Below are positions 48,501 to 61,829 of a DNA stretch of 64,000 nt, piece after piece. Both the position numbers and the translations under genes were made by a program. The stretch comes from Cetorhinus maximus. Taxonomy: Eukaryota. Location: the NCBI RefSeq assembly GCF_964194155.1, contig NC_135891.1, positions 86,986,001 to 87,050,000 on the forward strand. The letters run 5' to 3'. Every line of letters begins with the position of its first letter. The first letter of the stretch is position 1. Under the pieces are notes generated by a model, which was given only the letters and a program-made list of their open reading frames with translations, was not told where the DNA came from and ran no database searches.

Positions 48501-51500
48501 GATGCACTTTTGGTATTAAGTTTCAGCTGCCATGTGACTGCTTATTTTACTAATCTCACCCATAAACTTTGAAATTATGCCATATAGACACATCCAGGTC
48601 ATCAATATCTATTTAGAGCACAGGTCCCACTACCAACCCCTTGGGAACACCACTATACTCCCCACTGGAAAACAATTGTTCACTTTGTCATTATCTTGTA
48701 TCCATTTTTAACCCCATGAGCTTTGCATTAACAAATCTATCATTTGGTACTTAAACACCTCAAACATCCATATATTACAACATTCTCAATCTATTACTTC
48801 AAGGAATAGTAGTCAAATATGGTTTTTCCAAAAGTTATGCTGATTAATTTTATAGCCTCCTTTTAACCTATAGCTTTGGATGCCCTTTTCTCCATTATGG
48901 AAATGTGTTTAGTTTAAAAACTGAGTTTATTTGTTCAATGATAGATTCAAACTCCTTGGTAAGAAGCAAATTCACCTGGGTTAGATCTTTTCAACTTGCT
49001 GTCCATCCTCTTGCCAAATTAGATACAACCTTCCTCACTGTGGAGCTAACCTTCTTGGGACCAATGTTGTCAAATCTACTGGAGGCATAACTAGGTCACT
49101 CATGCATTGGAGCTGGAGCTGGTCCCAAAGCACAAGAATCAGATTTTCAACCATGTTACTTTATACCATTCCATTACTCATTAGGATGTGACACTAGGAG
49201 TAATCTAGAGATTACACCTTTAGAAATCCTGCACTTCTAATTTCCCCAAACTCACTGCAGAAATTAATGACTGAAGGACTCCCAACCCTTTTTATTCCTA
49301 TGGCATTGGTTCCCACATGGACCACACTTCTGGCTGTTTACTCCCTCCCCTCATACTTAGCCCTATGACCACCACATTTCTACACTTCTTGCTGTGGCCT
49401 TGTGCAGTCATTTGCCCTATATTGGAAATCTCCATTACTCTAGTGTCAGGGGTTAGTGAGTACAGGAATAGGTGATCATGTCACTGGTGAAGTTGTGCAG
49501 AGGGAGGATTTAAGATTCTTACAGCATTGAGACCAGCACTGTGTATATACATTAGACAAAAAGTCACCTTCATTTGTTTTCAGCACTGGAAACTGGTTAG
49601 TGTCACTCATTTCTGCACTGTGTACCTTTTACACTGTTGGATGGCCATCAACTTTCAATTCTCTTGAACTCTAGCTGCAAGGAGATGTACATGCCAAGAA
49701 ATTCAGCTTCCTTGCAGTGAGTGATTCTCAGCTGAGTGGTCAGTTTGATCAACTGGAGGCACTGCCTGCACATGTGGTAATGCAAGACAGTCCTGGAGAC
49801 CCCGCACAACAGGAGCTGCAGGCAACAGGTCTCTATTGTCCCAGGTGCTTAAAAGTCCATCTACATACAATGAGTTTAATATCCCTTTTGCCAATTTAAA
49901 GGAGATTTTTAATTAATGCAATTTGGGTCCTTTAATGTTGTTCTTAGAAATGAATCTTCTACTTTATTCCTTTGAATTTATCTACATATTTACTGTTGCC
50001 CCTTGGTTTATAGAACTTAGTGTGCCCTTCCCCTCTACAATGAGTTCCCATTGCCACTGTTTTATCTCTGCAGTGTCTATAACTAAAATTACATTGGATT
50101 TGATCAGAACAAGGATCTTTCCATGATTCTCCAAGTCCAACTCTCATTTACCTAGCTACTGGGTATGAAAAGGTGTGCTCCAGATTAGTATGTGGGGGGT
50201 TGGTGGTAGTAAGACAATGTCTGCAGCCAGAAGTGACTAGTCACTTCAGTGTGACCAAATAGTTAGTTGTATAAAAGCCCCCAAGAGGTTGCAGCTCAAT
50301 CTTGGAGCTGTACAATATTTTGATTTGAGAGTCATTCCTTCCAGAGACAATGAACAGGTTGTAGCCCTGTAAAAATCTATCACCAACAGCATGCATTTCT
50401 TACCAGATCCATTGTGTTGTGAAGCTGAACCATAACATCTTGGCTGCCTTGTCTGGCCTTCTGCATCTTGGATGTAGAGTGCTGATATGCTCTATGACGC
50501 ACTTTTGAAGATAAAGATCCTAAGCGCACATAGTAACTCTGCTTCTGTGCTGGGGCCACTTCACTGCCTTCAACAGAAGAGGCCAGTTTTGCTGAAGCAC
50601 AAAAAAAAACAGCTTATGATCAAGGCTGTTATTTGAGGCAATTATTTCTTTGTATACACAATTATCCATCTATGCAACAAAGTTGAAACAACCCAAGTAT
50701 GTGTGGTCCACAAAAATCCAACCACCCTATCAGTTTACTCAATTGTAGGTATGGCTGACAGACAGCAACAAGCACTTAATGTTCAGTTAGTGTTAGTGTC
50801 TTAATTTCTCATTAAAGTTTTGGGCAAAACAAACAGAGCCAAATTCCAGGTGAGAATGCTCCTGATAAGAGTGTGAACTCAATTTAAATTACTGGAAGTT
50901 AGGGGGAGCTTTCCACATCACACCCTAGCTCAAAAGATACTTGTGGTTGTTGGAGGACAATTATCTCAGCTCAGGAACATCACTGCAGGAGTTCCTCAGC
51001 ATCCAATCATCTTCAGCTTTTCCCTCCCAATGACCTTTCCTCCATCACAAGGTCAGAAGTGGAATCAAACAGCACTTTAGAACTTCATAAAGCAGTGTCT
51101 GCATGCAGCAAGACTTGGACAACATTTCAGCTTGAGCTGAAAAGGAACACTTGCATTACACAAGTGCCAGGCAGCAACTAATTTAATATAAGTAATCACC
51201 TCCCAATGTCAAAATCCCCCATAGTCAACCAGGTGTGACACCATTGATTAGAAACTGGACCAGCTACATAGTGGCTAGAGGGTATACTGTGGCATGCAAC
51301 TTTCTCCTGACTCCCAAAGCCTTGCCATCATATCTACAAAGTTGCAGCATGATACACTTGCCTAGAAGCTTGCAGCTCTATCATCCAAGAGAAGACAGCT
51401 TACTTGATTGGTATCCCATCCCCCACTGGGGCACACAATGGCCAAGATATGTATCATCTACTAAACCACAGCCATTTGTAGAGGCTTCTTTGGTAGCACC

Positions 51501-54500
51501 TCCCAAATCTGTGACCTTTAGTGCCTGGAAGCACATGGGACCACCACCTGCGAGTTGCCTCAAAGTAACACCATCCAGACTTAGAAATATTGCTGTTCTA
51601 TTGCCTTGGGGTCAAAAACCTCAAATTCCCAATATTGTGGATATACCTTCATGAACTAATGAAGTAAGAAGGTGGCTCACCTGCATCTATAAGGGCAATA
51701 AATGCAACCTTAATAATGTTTTGATTTTGACATGAGGGCAAAGGGTTTGGTTTTGTTTGGTGCTCATGTCTGTCCAGAGGAAGATTCAGTCATTACAGCC
51801 AACAGTTAATGGGATATATCAAGTCAAACCTTCATTTCAGTGATTCAAAAGTAACTTTTACTCAGGTGAATTATACTAGACAGAGCACACCATTGTAGCT
51901 TTCTCAACCTTCCTATACTATACTTTTGTGCTCCTAGCCACAAGTACAATGCCCTCAAAGTTAGAGCTATGCAAGAGCACCATAAACACAGATGTTGGAC
52001 AAGCAAGAAACAAATTAGGCTGAGCATTTGTGTTGAGTGCATGAATTAGGACTTCAAGATTATATTGCTGTTTTCAGATTGAACAGTTCAGTTACTGAAC
52101 ATTTATTCCTTCACAGGAAGTGGGCTTCACTGGCTGGGCCAACATTTATTGCCCATCCCTAGTTGCCCTTGGTGATGGTGAGTTACCTTCTTGAACCACT
52201 GCAGTCCATGTGGTGTAGGTACATGTACACCCACAGCACTGTTAGGGAGTTCCAGGATTTTGACCTAGCAACAGTGAAGGAACAGCAATATATTTCCAAG
52301 TCAGGATGGCAAGTGACTTGGAGGGGGAACTTCCATATGGTGATGTTCCCATCTCATGCCCTTGTCCTTCTAGATGGTAGTGGTCATGGGTTTGGAAGGT
52401 GCTGTCTAAGGAGCCTTGGTAAATTCCTGCAATGCATCTTGTGGATGGTACACACTGCTGCTAGTGTGTCAGTGGTGGAGGCAGTGAATGTTTGTAGATG
52501 TGGTGCCAATCAAGCAGGCTGCTTTGTCCTGGACAGTATCAAACTGAGTGTTGTGGGAGCTGCACTCCAGGCAAGTGGGCATATTCCACCACACCTGTGA
52601 AGAGTATGGGGCAGGGAACAGCTTATAGGATTAAGCATCAACAGCCTTTTGGATTTGCTGCTTGTGGTTTATAGGTATATAGCAATACCTAGGCACATTG
52701 TTTTACACTTCTGAAGTACTTCATACAAACCTGCAAAACATCTTTAAAATTTATAGAATGTTATGTGTTCAAGGTGGTCATAACTCCATAATGACTGATT
52801 TGCACTTGACAACTTCACTGCTCAGTTAAAGGTCCAAACCCAGCCTCAGCCATTTTTTGTAGGGGAAAAATTGGGGGAGAGTTATAAATTACACAGCCAT
52901 GGTTCCCAGCAGTATGGCACCCTTTGATTGTTAAAAGTAGATATGATTTTGCATAAAAAATGCAAAACTGATCAACAATTGACAATTCCAATGATCTAAC
53001 TTTGCTGGGCTTTGAACTTAAAACAGCATGCAGTTTAAAAGTATAATTAGTGCTTGAATATGTCACTCCTGTCTGCTGACTTAAGCCCCAGGGCCATCAC
53101 CACAGGATTTGTACTGTGACTGATTTTACAACCTAAAATTAATCACATTGGAGAACCTGTTAAGTGAGCAGTTTGACAGCTCCAAGTGGTTATAGAAACA
53201 TTTGTTTTCATAAGAAATTAATTGAAGAAATGGATTTAAAAACTTCACTGCTCAGTTAAAGGTGCAACTCCAGATGTTTGGACCAACTGAAGCAGATACA
53301 AAAGCATCCAAGGGCAAGAAGGAGGTAGTAAAAATAGATCCTCTTACTTACCCAGCTCTTCCTCAGTCATTGGAAGATAATGATCAACCATCTCTTCAGA
53401 TTTATTGAGTGCACTGTCCACACCAGTGACAACCATCTGCCCTACTCTGGATGCCATGACAGTGTTAACTCCTTCAACCATCACTGTCTTGGTCTTTTCA
53501 ATGCCACCATGCACTGCCCCCTTGGCCATGTCCACTACCCCAGTCACTGTATTTTTAGCTCCAGTCACTGTGTTGGAGACTGCATCTTTGGCTCCTGTTA
53601 TTGTGGATGAAACCAGCTCTTTGGTATCAGCAACAACCTGTTTAAAAGGCAAAAATGATAATTCAGTACATTAGTACTGAGTCAACAGGTAAACATTCTG
53701 TATGAAATGAGAATGAGAGATTTTCCACATCTAAAAAAAAAGACTTGCATTTATACAGAATCACTCAGGATTTCCCTAAAGTGCTTACAGCCAAGGTAAC
53801 AAATAGTAGTAAGATAATACCAGATTAAATTTATGATATTGGTTGAGGGATAGATATTAGCTAGGACAGTGGACAGAAATTTGCTGCTTTCAATAATTCT
53901 GGGGGGGTTGTGGGGCAATGTTTTTCCCATAACCACTCAGGGGGACTGACAGGGCCTCAGTTTGGAGATCAACTGAAAGACAGCACAGGACTGTCAGGTC
54001 TGAATTTCTGTGCAAAGGAGCTCAGTCCCTGCCAGCAGGGGCCTGAATCTGGAAGCCCCATCTCCAAACCCAGCCTCAGCCATTTTTGTAGAGGAAAAAT
54101 TGGGGGAGGGTTATAAATTACACAGCCATGGTTCCCAGCAGTATGGCACCCTTTGATTGTTAAAAGTAGATATGATTTTGCATAAAAAATGCAAAACTGA
54201 TCAACAATTTTGACAATTCCAATGATCTAACTTTGCTGGGCTTTGAACTTAAAACAGCATGCAGTTTAAAAGTAAAATTAGTGCTTGAATATGTCACTCC
54301 TGTCTGCTGACTTAAGCCCCAGGGCCATCACCACAGGATTTGTACTGTGACTGATTTTATAACCCAACATTAATCACATTGGAGAATCTGTTAAGTGAGC
54401 AGTTTGACAGCTCCAAGTGGTTATAGAAACATTTGTTTTCATAAGAAATTAATTGAAGAAATTGATTTAAAAACCCATTGAAATGAGGGTGTTTTTATTA

Positions 54501-57500
54501 AAAATAGTGATGTCACCAATAGACAAACTTTTAATGACAGTATGGCTCCTGAGGTTTGCCCATGGTGGATACTAGGTGAGTTGGTAGAGGATGAAGGGCA
54601 AAGGGTGGTGGATGGGGCATGTGTGGCACCAAGTAGCCACAGGGACTATAAAGGACATGGGGGTTCAGTGGGGCATGGTAGAGGGGGATGTATGGGAGGG
54701 CTTTTGTTTAAATCCATTTTTAAAAAAAACCCTGGATATAGTGCTGTGCAGAGAGGCAGGCCTACTGCCTAGCCCACCTCCACACCTGGCAGCCTCTGCT
54801 GTTCTGGGGCAGGGGCCTAGCTTCTAATCCAGCCCACCCTGACCCAGTCCAACCTTCCAGGCCAGGTTTGCAGAGCTGGGAAATGTCCTGTCTCTGCACT
54901 CCTCAGTTGGGAGCACAAATCTGGGTCTCAATCTTTGCATGGGATTTGAACCCACAAACTGACAAGAGGTAAGATGGCTACCAATTGAGTTGCGATGGCT
55001 TCCTAATCCACATAGCAGGATACCTCAGTTTTTGAAGTAAGTATGCATTCACATGAACTGATGAATGGTTGATCTGATCTAGTCACGCCACTTTAGGTTG
55101 TCTGAATTACAACAAGATTTTTAGGCAGATAGTGACCAGTGGACAACTACCATAAGGTGGATATAACAAATTGAAACACTTAAATCAGTTAAGAAAAACT
55201 GAGTCATTAGGGAAAGGACTCAATATATCAAGTTAACTACAAGGAGGAAAGAAGAAATTGAAAGATGGGGCCATAATTTAGTTCAGCACATCCAGAACAG
55301 ATGTTATCCCTGACTGGTAAGACCAATCAAACAGAAATGTAAATATGGAGTTAGAACTTGCAACTTAGTGGCTAAGTGAGACTCCATTGGATTGGAAGTG
55401 CAGTGTCCTTATAGCCATAGTACATTAGATCTGAAGAGAAAAAATATGCAGAGCTATGGGGAATGGGACTGGAGTTCCTCCTGCAGACACTGGCATGGAT
55501 ATGACAGTACTTGGCCATCAATAATTGTTAAAGCACAGAAGGCCTCTCCGATGGTGGCATAGTGGTAATGTCACTGAACTAATAATCCAGAGGCCCAGGC
55601 TAATGCCTTGAGTACATGGGTTCAAATCCTACTACAGCAACCAGTGGAATTTAAATTCAATTAACAATTTCTAGAATATCATTGATTGTAAAAACCCATT
55701 TGTTTCACTAATGCTCTTTAGGGAAGGAAATCAGCCATCCTTACCTGGTTGACTTTTAACCACATTCTAAAATGGCCTAGCAAACCATTCAGTTCAAGGG
55801 CAATTAGGGCTTATTCATTCAAGAATGATGGAAGCAGGATTTGTTTCACCCCCCCCCCCCCCCTCAACCTCCCACCAAGGCCAGGTCATTTTGAATTATT
55901 TCCTTACCTGGGGTGTGGACTGTTGAAGGATTGGAAGCTTCTCTTCCAGTTTATCCAAGCCTTTACAGGCATATTCATTAGCTGCTGCAACTGAGCACAA
56001 AAGAACCTTTGCTTAGAGGCAAGTAAGCATTAAAGTGCCCACATTATCCAATTCTAGAATGAGCCAATAGCTTCTGCCAAAAATAGTTACTGAAGGACTG
56101 AACTTGGCAGAGTGCCTTATTTTATACTTGTGCTCAAGCTTTAGTTTTAAACAAATTGTATTCATGAAGCTTTAGCAGAATATTGAAAAGAGATCTTATA
56201 ATAGTTGCATTTACTCCATATTAAAACATGCAATAGTTAACACCCATATGACAGTAGTAATGACAGTGCTATTTGTTTTGTCTTTCTAGACAGAAAGTCA
56301 GAAGATTGGAAGCTATAGCCTGAATTTTTATATAGGTCAGATATAATCACTACTAATATTTTGGAAATAGTTCACATTTAGTAGGCTGCTGGCCAATATT
56401 GAATTAAATCACATACCAATTTTAGTCACAATGACTAATCTGGACCCAGGCCAGATTATGTTGTAATTAATACTGCAGTTGACAAAGTAATCATGCTTAT
56501 GCATTGTAACATTAAAATGCAAGCAGAACTGATACTCTTTAGAGAGTGGCTCACACCTGATGAGATATGGCAACAACCAAATGCTTTGCATATGGCAAGA
56601 GCTTCCCAAACAATGAGATAATGGGCCACAAGGGATTTAAGAGCAAGAGTAGGCCATGTTCCTAAATGGGCAGATGATTTGTGACATTAGTTGAGGGCTA
56701 GATGTTAACCAAGACATCTCCTGCATTTTCCTCACCCTCAATAGCGAGGAGGAATATCTTTAGCCACACAAACGGGGCAGATAGAGCCTCTCTGCAGCAT
56801 TCCCTCAGTATGGTATTGAAGTTGCAGCCTAGATTATGTGCTCAAATCTCTGGATTTCAACTTCCAACCCTCCTCACCACCCCCCTCACTCGTTGAGTGA
56901 GCTGGATACACTCACCCTCTTAATGGGGTGCTAAAGCTACACTTTAAAAACTCAATGATAGTTGACTATGAAGTGATTTTTAATCTACAAGTCACCAATT
57001 TGAGTGAACCAAGTACTGTATGCTCCAATCTTACTTTGAGGCTCCAGCTGGTCTATAATTGGCTTGGCACCACTGGCAGCCACAGCTGAGATGGTCTTCA
57101 CTCCCTGCTCAGCAACATCACAGACAGTCTTCACATATGGATGGTTCTCCTTGGTGCTGTTGTACATAGCTGATACCATGTCATAGACAGAGCTCACAAG
57201 AGGCAGGCTGGTCACCCTGTCCACCACATTCTGAAACACAAGTCATGGAATCACTAGATCATTGCACAGTAATTCATTCCAATGATGCAAGGGACAAAAA
57301 GAAACATGCTTCTCAGCACTAAGGTTGCCAATTATGGCTGGACAGATTCTGACAGACACTCCACAACCTCCTACCTTCATCTACCCCTTGCCATTAGTTT
57401 CAGCCAGGTCAAGAGCAGAGCCCAGGGATGCCCTACTCCCCCAGGCCCCCTTCCAGGCAGAGCCCCTCTTCCACCTCCCATTCCACTCGGAATTGGCAGC

Positions 57501-60500
57501 CTCCTGTAGAACTAACCCCACAGCACTGTGCTCCCCACCTGTACTTCACCTCAAATGCTGTGGCCAGCAAGGAGACCCACAACAATCCCAAGGTTCTAGA
57601 GAATGCAGTGGCCTCAACCTGGCTGTGGGGGCCACCATCTTTACTAGAAGTAAAACTAGTGCTCTTCAAATGTCCAGGGGCCATCAACAGCCACTCCCAC
57701 CCAACACCAGGCAAAAAAGTTTCAGCTGCCTGCCACCCCCATCCACTATACATAAACAGGTCAAATCTCCTGGATTACTGTCAATGGATGCAGATTCCAG
57801 TAAACTCCCAGCTAATCCAGCAAGATTGGCAATACTCAGTATAGTGCCAGTGGACATCAAGGTACAGTTCTAGAGTACAGTTGGACTTTTATAGCAATCT
57901 CCCATATTGTGCAATGAAATACTTTTGACATTAAAGATTGAGCAACTATCATAAAGATAAGTCAGCCCAGATAGGCAATATGAAACCCACCCCACTAGTT
58001 TTCAGGGGAATAATGTTAGACACCACATCTCAAAAACAGTTATACCCATTTAAATGCTATCAAGAGTGATCATTAGCATCTCTTATGGACCACAAGTTGC
58101 TACTTTTATCCATCTGTTTAAGTAACCCTAGGCCAGCTAGCCCGATAGAAGTGAAATCCCCTCAGAACCCAAAAAGGTACTGCCTGTTCAATCTGATTTC
58201 ACCATGAACTGAAAAGGCAATTGAAAGGATTTTTAAAGGTTTTTAAACCTCAGAAAAAGGCAGCTGACACATTGTGAATGCTTAGGTTTATGTGGACAGA
58301 TGCTGGAAGAACAAGACACCAAAACAGTACACGCAAAGGTAAAGTTTTTGTCTCTACCCAAATAAACTGGCAGCTACAAAGCTGTGAACATTTCATGCAC
58401 TAAAGTACATTTGGGGAAATCTACCTACTTTTCTATTCCTCTAGGTATAAACACCAGTTCTTGCTTTGCACACTTATGATTGTTTTTTTTGGCAATTTCT
58501 CATCTTCCACAACTAATACTTAGTAAGCACCTTAACTTGATGAAACATCAAGGTGCTTCAGAGGAACTTAACACAAAATATGATACCAAATCACACAAGG
58601 TGTGAATGGGCCAGGTGACCAAAAGCTTGGTCAAAGAGGCAAGTATTAAGGAGTGTGTCTTAAGAAGCAACAGACAGAGGTATAGGGAGGGAATGCCAGA
58701 GTCAGGACAGAGACAACTGAAGGTACAGCTACCAATGGTGGAGCAACTAAAATTGGGGATGGGACCAGAATTAGATGAATGCAGATATCTGGGAGGGTTG
58801 TGGTACTGGAAGAGATCACAGAAATAGGGAATAAATCTGCTCCAAACTCATTTATCATCAATGGCCTTTTTATTCCTGCTCCCAAAGGGAGCCTCCACAA
58901 CTTTGCTCCATAATGGCACTTGCTTTTCTCTTTCTACTCAGCTTGGTCTTCCTGTATTTTGGTGTGATCCTTCACATTAGCTACATATCTCAGTTTGGCC
59001 TGAATTGCCATTTGATGCCATACCTCTAAATTAGATAAATAATTTGGAGTATGATATCCCAATAGGACATTTCTCACTTTGCCAATCAACTTCACATCTC
59101 AGCCATGTCATCACTCTCCTTATAATCCATTTGCTCATCAGGCACCTCATAGTTTGACTTTGTCTCCCCTTATCCCCAGCCTTCTAAACTACCTGCCAAA
59201 GCTCCAGACTCAGCAGAGGAAGAGCCTGACTTGCTCATGTGCTCCTCACCACAAGTTCTGGCAACTGTTTACACAGTTACCACTTCATTTCAGAATGAAG
59301 CCTTCAGGTAACTCAGCCCTGCCATAATACCTCCCCAAACCCTTCCTCTCACTTGAAAAGCTCAAGTCATGACAGGACAGGAGGTGACTTGGCCCACAGA
59401 ATCCATGCCAGCTCCGTAGGACAATCCAGTCAGTCCCATTCTCCTGCTTTATCTCCACAGTCCTGCAGGTTTCCCCCCCACCCTTCAGTTTCCTTCTGAG
59501 AATATTGATTGTATCCACTTCCAACATTCTCATAGGCAGAAAGTTTCAGGTCATTGCCATCTGCTGCATGAAAAATTTCTTCCTCATATCCCTCCCCTAC
59601 TACCCCCACCAAACCAGCTCTTGCTCAAACCCTTTAACCTGTGTCCTGTTTTTGCACCATGAACAATGGGACACCTTGGGGTCACTTATCCAAAGTTCCC
59701 ATAATTTTGCACACTCCTAGCAAATCTCCCCAGCTGCTCAAAAATAACTTTGTAGCTAAATTCCAGCTGTAACTTCCTCAGAGTGACAATCAGTGTCAGC
59801 TTGCTACTGTGCCCACTTACCTATACTAATTTCTTCCATGCCTATCTCACCCAACCTTCCAACTCAGGCTGGGCAAGATGTAGGCATCACAGCTGTCTCC
59901 AAATCCAACAAATTGGAGGATATCCCTTTTATAGCACTAAGGTCCCATTGAAATTGGCAGGCCAGGGAGAGGGCAAGTGAAAACGACTTGGGGGGGGGAG
60001 GGGCACAGCAAGCTAGATATCAGGAGGGACTGGAACTTTGGGGCATGTCCAGGGGAGAAAGAGTCCCCTTTGGAGGGGGATAAAGTCAGTCTGGTCTTTA
60101 CAATAGTTACCCAGAAGTTAGCAGTTTAAATTCTAACTTTTCCCAGATAACTATAGATAAAACCCTGGCAGAACCATCCAAAACTTGCAATTTAAACTAC
60201 ATTTGCAGATGGTTCCCAGCACAGCGCAATTGTCCACAGGAAGTGCACATTTCTAGGCAATTGCTATGCAAACCCTTACCTGGGAACTCCCCAGCACATC
60301 TTTGGAGTTACAAAATCCAACACTAGGGAGCTCAGAGGTTAACAACCCTCCATCACCCTGGAGCCATTCTGATTCACATCCTTCCTAAAAGTGTGGTGGC
60401 CAGAACGGGATGCAATTCTCTCATTGTGGCCTGACCAGAACATAATAGGTTCAGTATAGCTTCTCCATTTTGTATTCAATACATCGATTAATGAAGCTCA

Positions 60501-61082
60501 AGATCCCATATACTTTGCTAATTATTCTTTCAATGTTTTGCTAACGTCAGAAATCCACGCACATGAGCCATCAGCGTCCATTTTTCTGAATCACTAGAGA
60601 GGTCCTGCAATACGTGAGAATTGCAACTCCCAATAATGGTGGGGGAGGCTGGGCTATGAAAGAGAAAGTGAGCGGAAGGGCTTATTAATAAAGGACCAAA
60701 AAGACATTAACGGCAAGATTCTAAACTTGCTGCTTAGATCCTTAAAAAAATAGCTTTAACGATGAAGCTGATCGCCGATGTACACAGTGCAAATGTTGCA
60801 ACTTTATATACTTAAGATAATGAATTCGGTCAAAGGTCGCAATAAGTTATTGAATCAGTGACCAACATTTCCCAGTAGGACTGAGTCTAAACTCGTCTCA
60901 GCTGGATTTTTATCTTAATGCGAGTGTTTCCCGCATTAGTAACTAGTCTATAGGTTACCAAGTTAGAAACACCCATCCACACTTGCTGCCACAGGGAGTA
61001 GTTAAAGTACCTGTTGTTCCCCGTTCTCCTGGTGCTCTGGTGGGTTGGAGAACGCAACATTTTCGGCTACTTCCGACGCCAT
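45157..61082 (-). CDS. PLIN3: Perilipin-2/3-like gene C (complete, about 452 aa). Coding exons 61011-61082, 57035-57230, 55908-55990, 53352-53637, 50404-50591, 46588-46725, 45157-45552
   Basis: Seven phase-compatible GT-AG exons (72+196+83+286+188+138+396 = 1359 nt) encoding PAT domain, 11-mer repeats and four-helix bundle ending [31 protein letters not shown] and KPEQLES resemble PLIN3, other motifs resemble PLIN2, so the symbol is tentative. Confidence 0.95.
46588..46725 (-). CDS. Gene C exon 7
   Basis: 138 nt, [25 protein letters not shown]...KPE. Confidence 0.92.
47071..47584 (+). repeat. Local duplicate of 43321-43865 (Gypsy LTR portion plus unique flank)
   Basis: Direct alignment over about 520 bp including non-LTR flank. 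Confidence 0.85.
47900..49900 (-). mobile_element. Highly decayed CR1 including ORF1 remnants
   Basis: VACSSC...HMCRQCLQL zinc finger at about 49750-49830, VVHVGTN esterase motif at about 49300, RT and 3' remnants at 48000-48850. Confidence 0.6.
50404..50591 (-). CDS. Gene C exon 6
   Basis: 188 nt, [22 protein letters not shown]. Confidence 0.93.
52834..53240 (+). repeat. 407-bp copy of 54064-54474 flanked by a 23-bp direct repeat
   Basis: aacttcactgctcagttaaaggt at 52811-52833 and 53241-53263. Confidence 0.9.
53352..53637 (-). CDS. Gene C exon 5
   Basis: 286 nt, 11-mer repeats. Confidence 0.94.
55550..55815 (+). mobile_element. HE1-type elasmobranch tRNA-SINE
   Basis: A box ggtggcatagtggt, B box ggttcaaatcc, body ctttagggaaggaaatc..ccatccttacctgg, tail aagggcaattaggg. 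Confidence 0.75.
55908..55990 (-). CDS. Gene C exon 4
   Basis: 83 nt, identical to gene A exon 4. Confidence 0.93.
57035..57230 (-). CDS. Gene C exon 3 (PAT)
   Basis: 196 nt, [14 protein letters not shown]...LEPQ. Confidence 0.94.
57321..57836. mobile_element. hAT (Blackjack-like) MITE
   Basis: TIR-like aggttgccaa / ttggcaatact; absent at the paralogous position in gene A intron 2 (about 6030-6045). Confidence 0.55.
59360..60570 (-). mobile_element. Decayed CR1 3' end interrupted by an unclassified element
   Basis: CR1 3' motifs at 59360-59750 and 60340-60560. Confidence 0.55.
60827..60839 (+). promoter_or_regulatory. DR1-like site in gene C intron 2 (paralogous to 6945-6957)
   Basis: aatt-CGGTCA-A-AGGTCG at the homologous intronic position. 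Confidence 0.45.
61011..61082 (-). CDS. Gene C exon 2 (start exon)
   Basis: [24 protein letters not shown]|gtact. Confidence 0.87.
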
Positions 61083-61387
61083 AACAAATCGACCAAGTCT
61101 GGTGGAAAGAAATTAGGAATAAAAATCAGCTAGTTTAACTCTCACAGGCTGATATCCAGGGCCACCGAGGCTGGGATAGTGACCGAGTAAAGTCACTTTC
61201 CACTGAATAAAGACAGCAACTGGGGCAGTCAGAGCAACTTTTACACTAACGAGTTTAGGAAATCCCACAATAAAAAGTTTAAATGTATGTCTGTAGAAGG
61301 CAAAATACACCAGAACTGAACAATAAAAGTTCCGTCGAACATTTTAGAAGAAAAATACGACAAACTTACAAAGCAAATAGTTTCTAA

Positions 61388-61640
61388 ACTTACAAAGTTG
61401 CCTTAAAGACGTACGCTGTTCTGAATTCTCTACGCAATTTAGCCACTAGGGCACAGCAATGAATTTAAATAGCTATCCGACATTGTCAGGGCGGGGCACA
61501 ATTTATGAATGACAATGAATATGACCAATCCACACTGAAAGAGTGAAATTTAATGAGGCACCGACCAATCAAAGAGTACAGAGGCGTGTCTTTGATTTGT
61601 GTCAATATGGGCTGAGCGCAAACCAGAAGTGACAGATTGT
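61388..61640 (-). promoter_or_regulatory. Gene C non-coding exon 1 and promoter
   Basis: Donor gtaagt 61388-61393; TATTTAAA-like motif about 61464-61471; GC box about 61489-61496; CCAAT at 61525 and 61565. Confidence 0.65.
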
Positions 61641-61829
61641 GGGGGAATGGCTTCGAGTTACCCTGGAAGACATTGGCAGATACGATGGACACGAAAAAAG
61701 ACTGTAGTGTAACAGAACATCAATCTTTTAGCACCTTCTATAGAACACAAGAAATGGGAGCAAGAGTAGACCATATGGCCTGTCAATCCTGCTCTGTCAT
61801 TCAATGCCAGCATGGCTGATCTTGGGATT

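Noticed and set aside
55550-55635. tRNA gene
   Set aside because: A and B boxes are present but there is no cloverleaf and it continues into a SINE body; the same applies at 17645 and 37675.
57325-57873. 182-aa plus-strand ORF
   Set aside because: Falls inside a MITE-like insertion absent from the paralogous intron; no domain or splice support.
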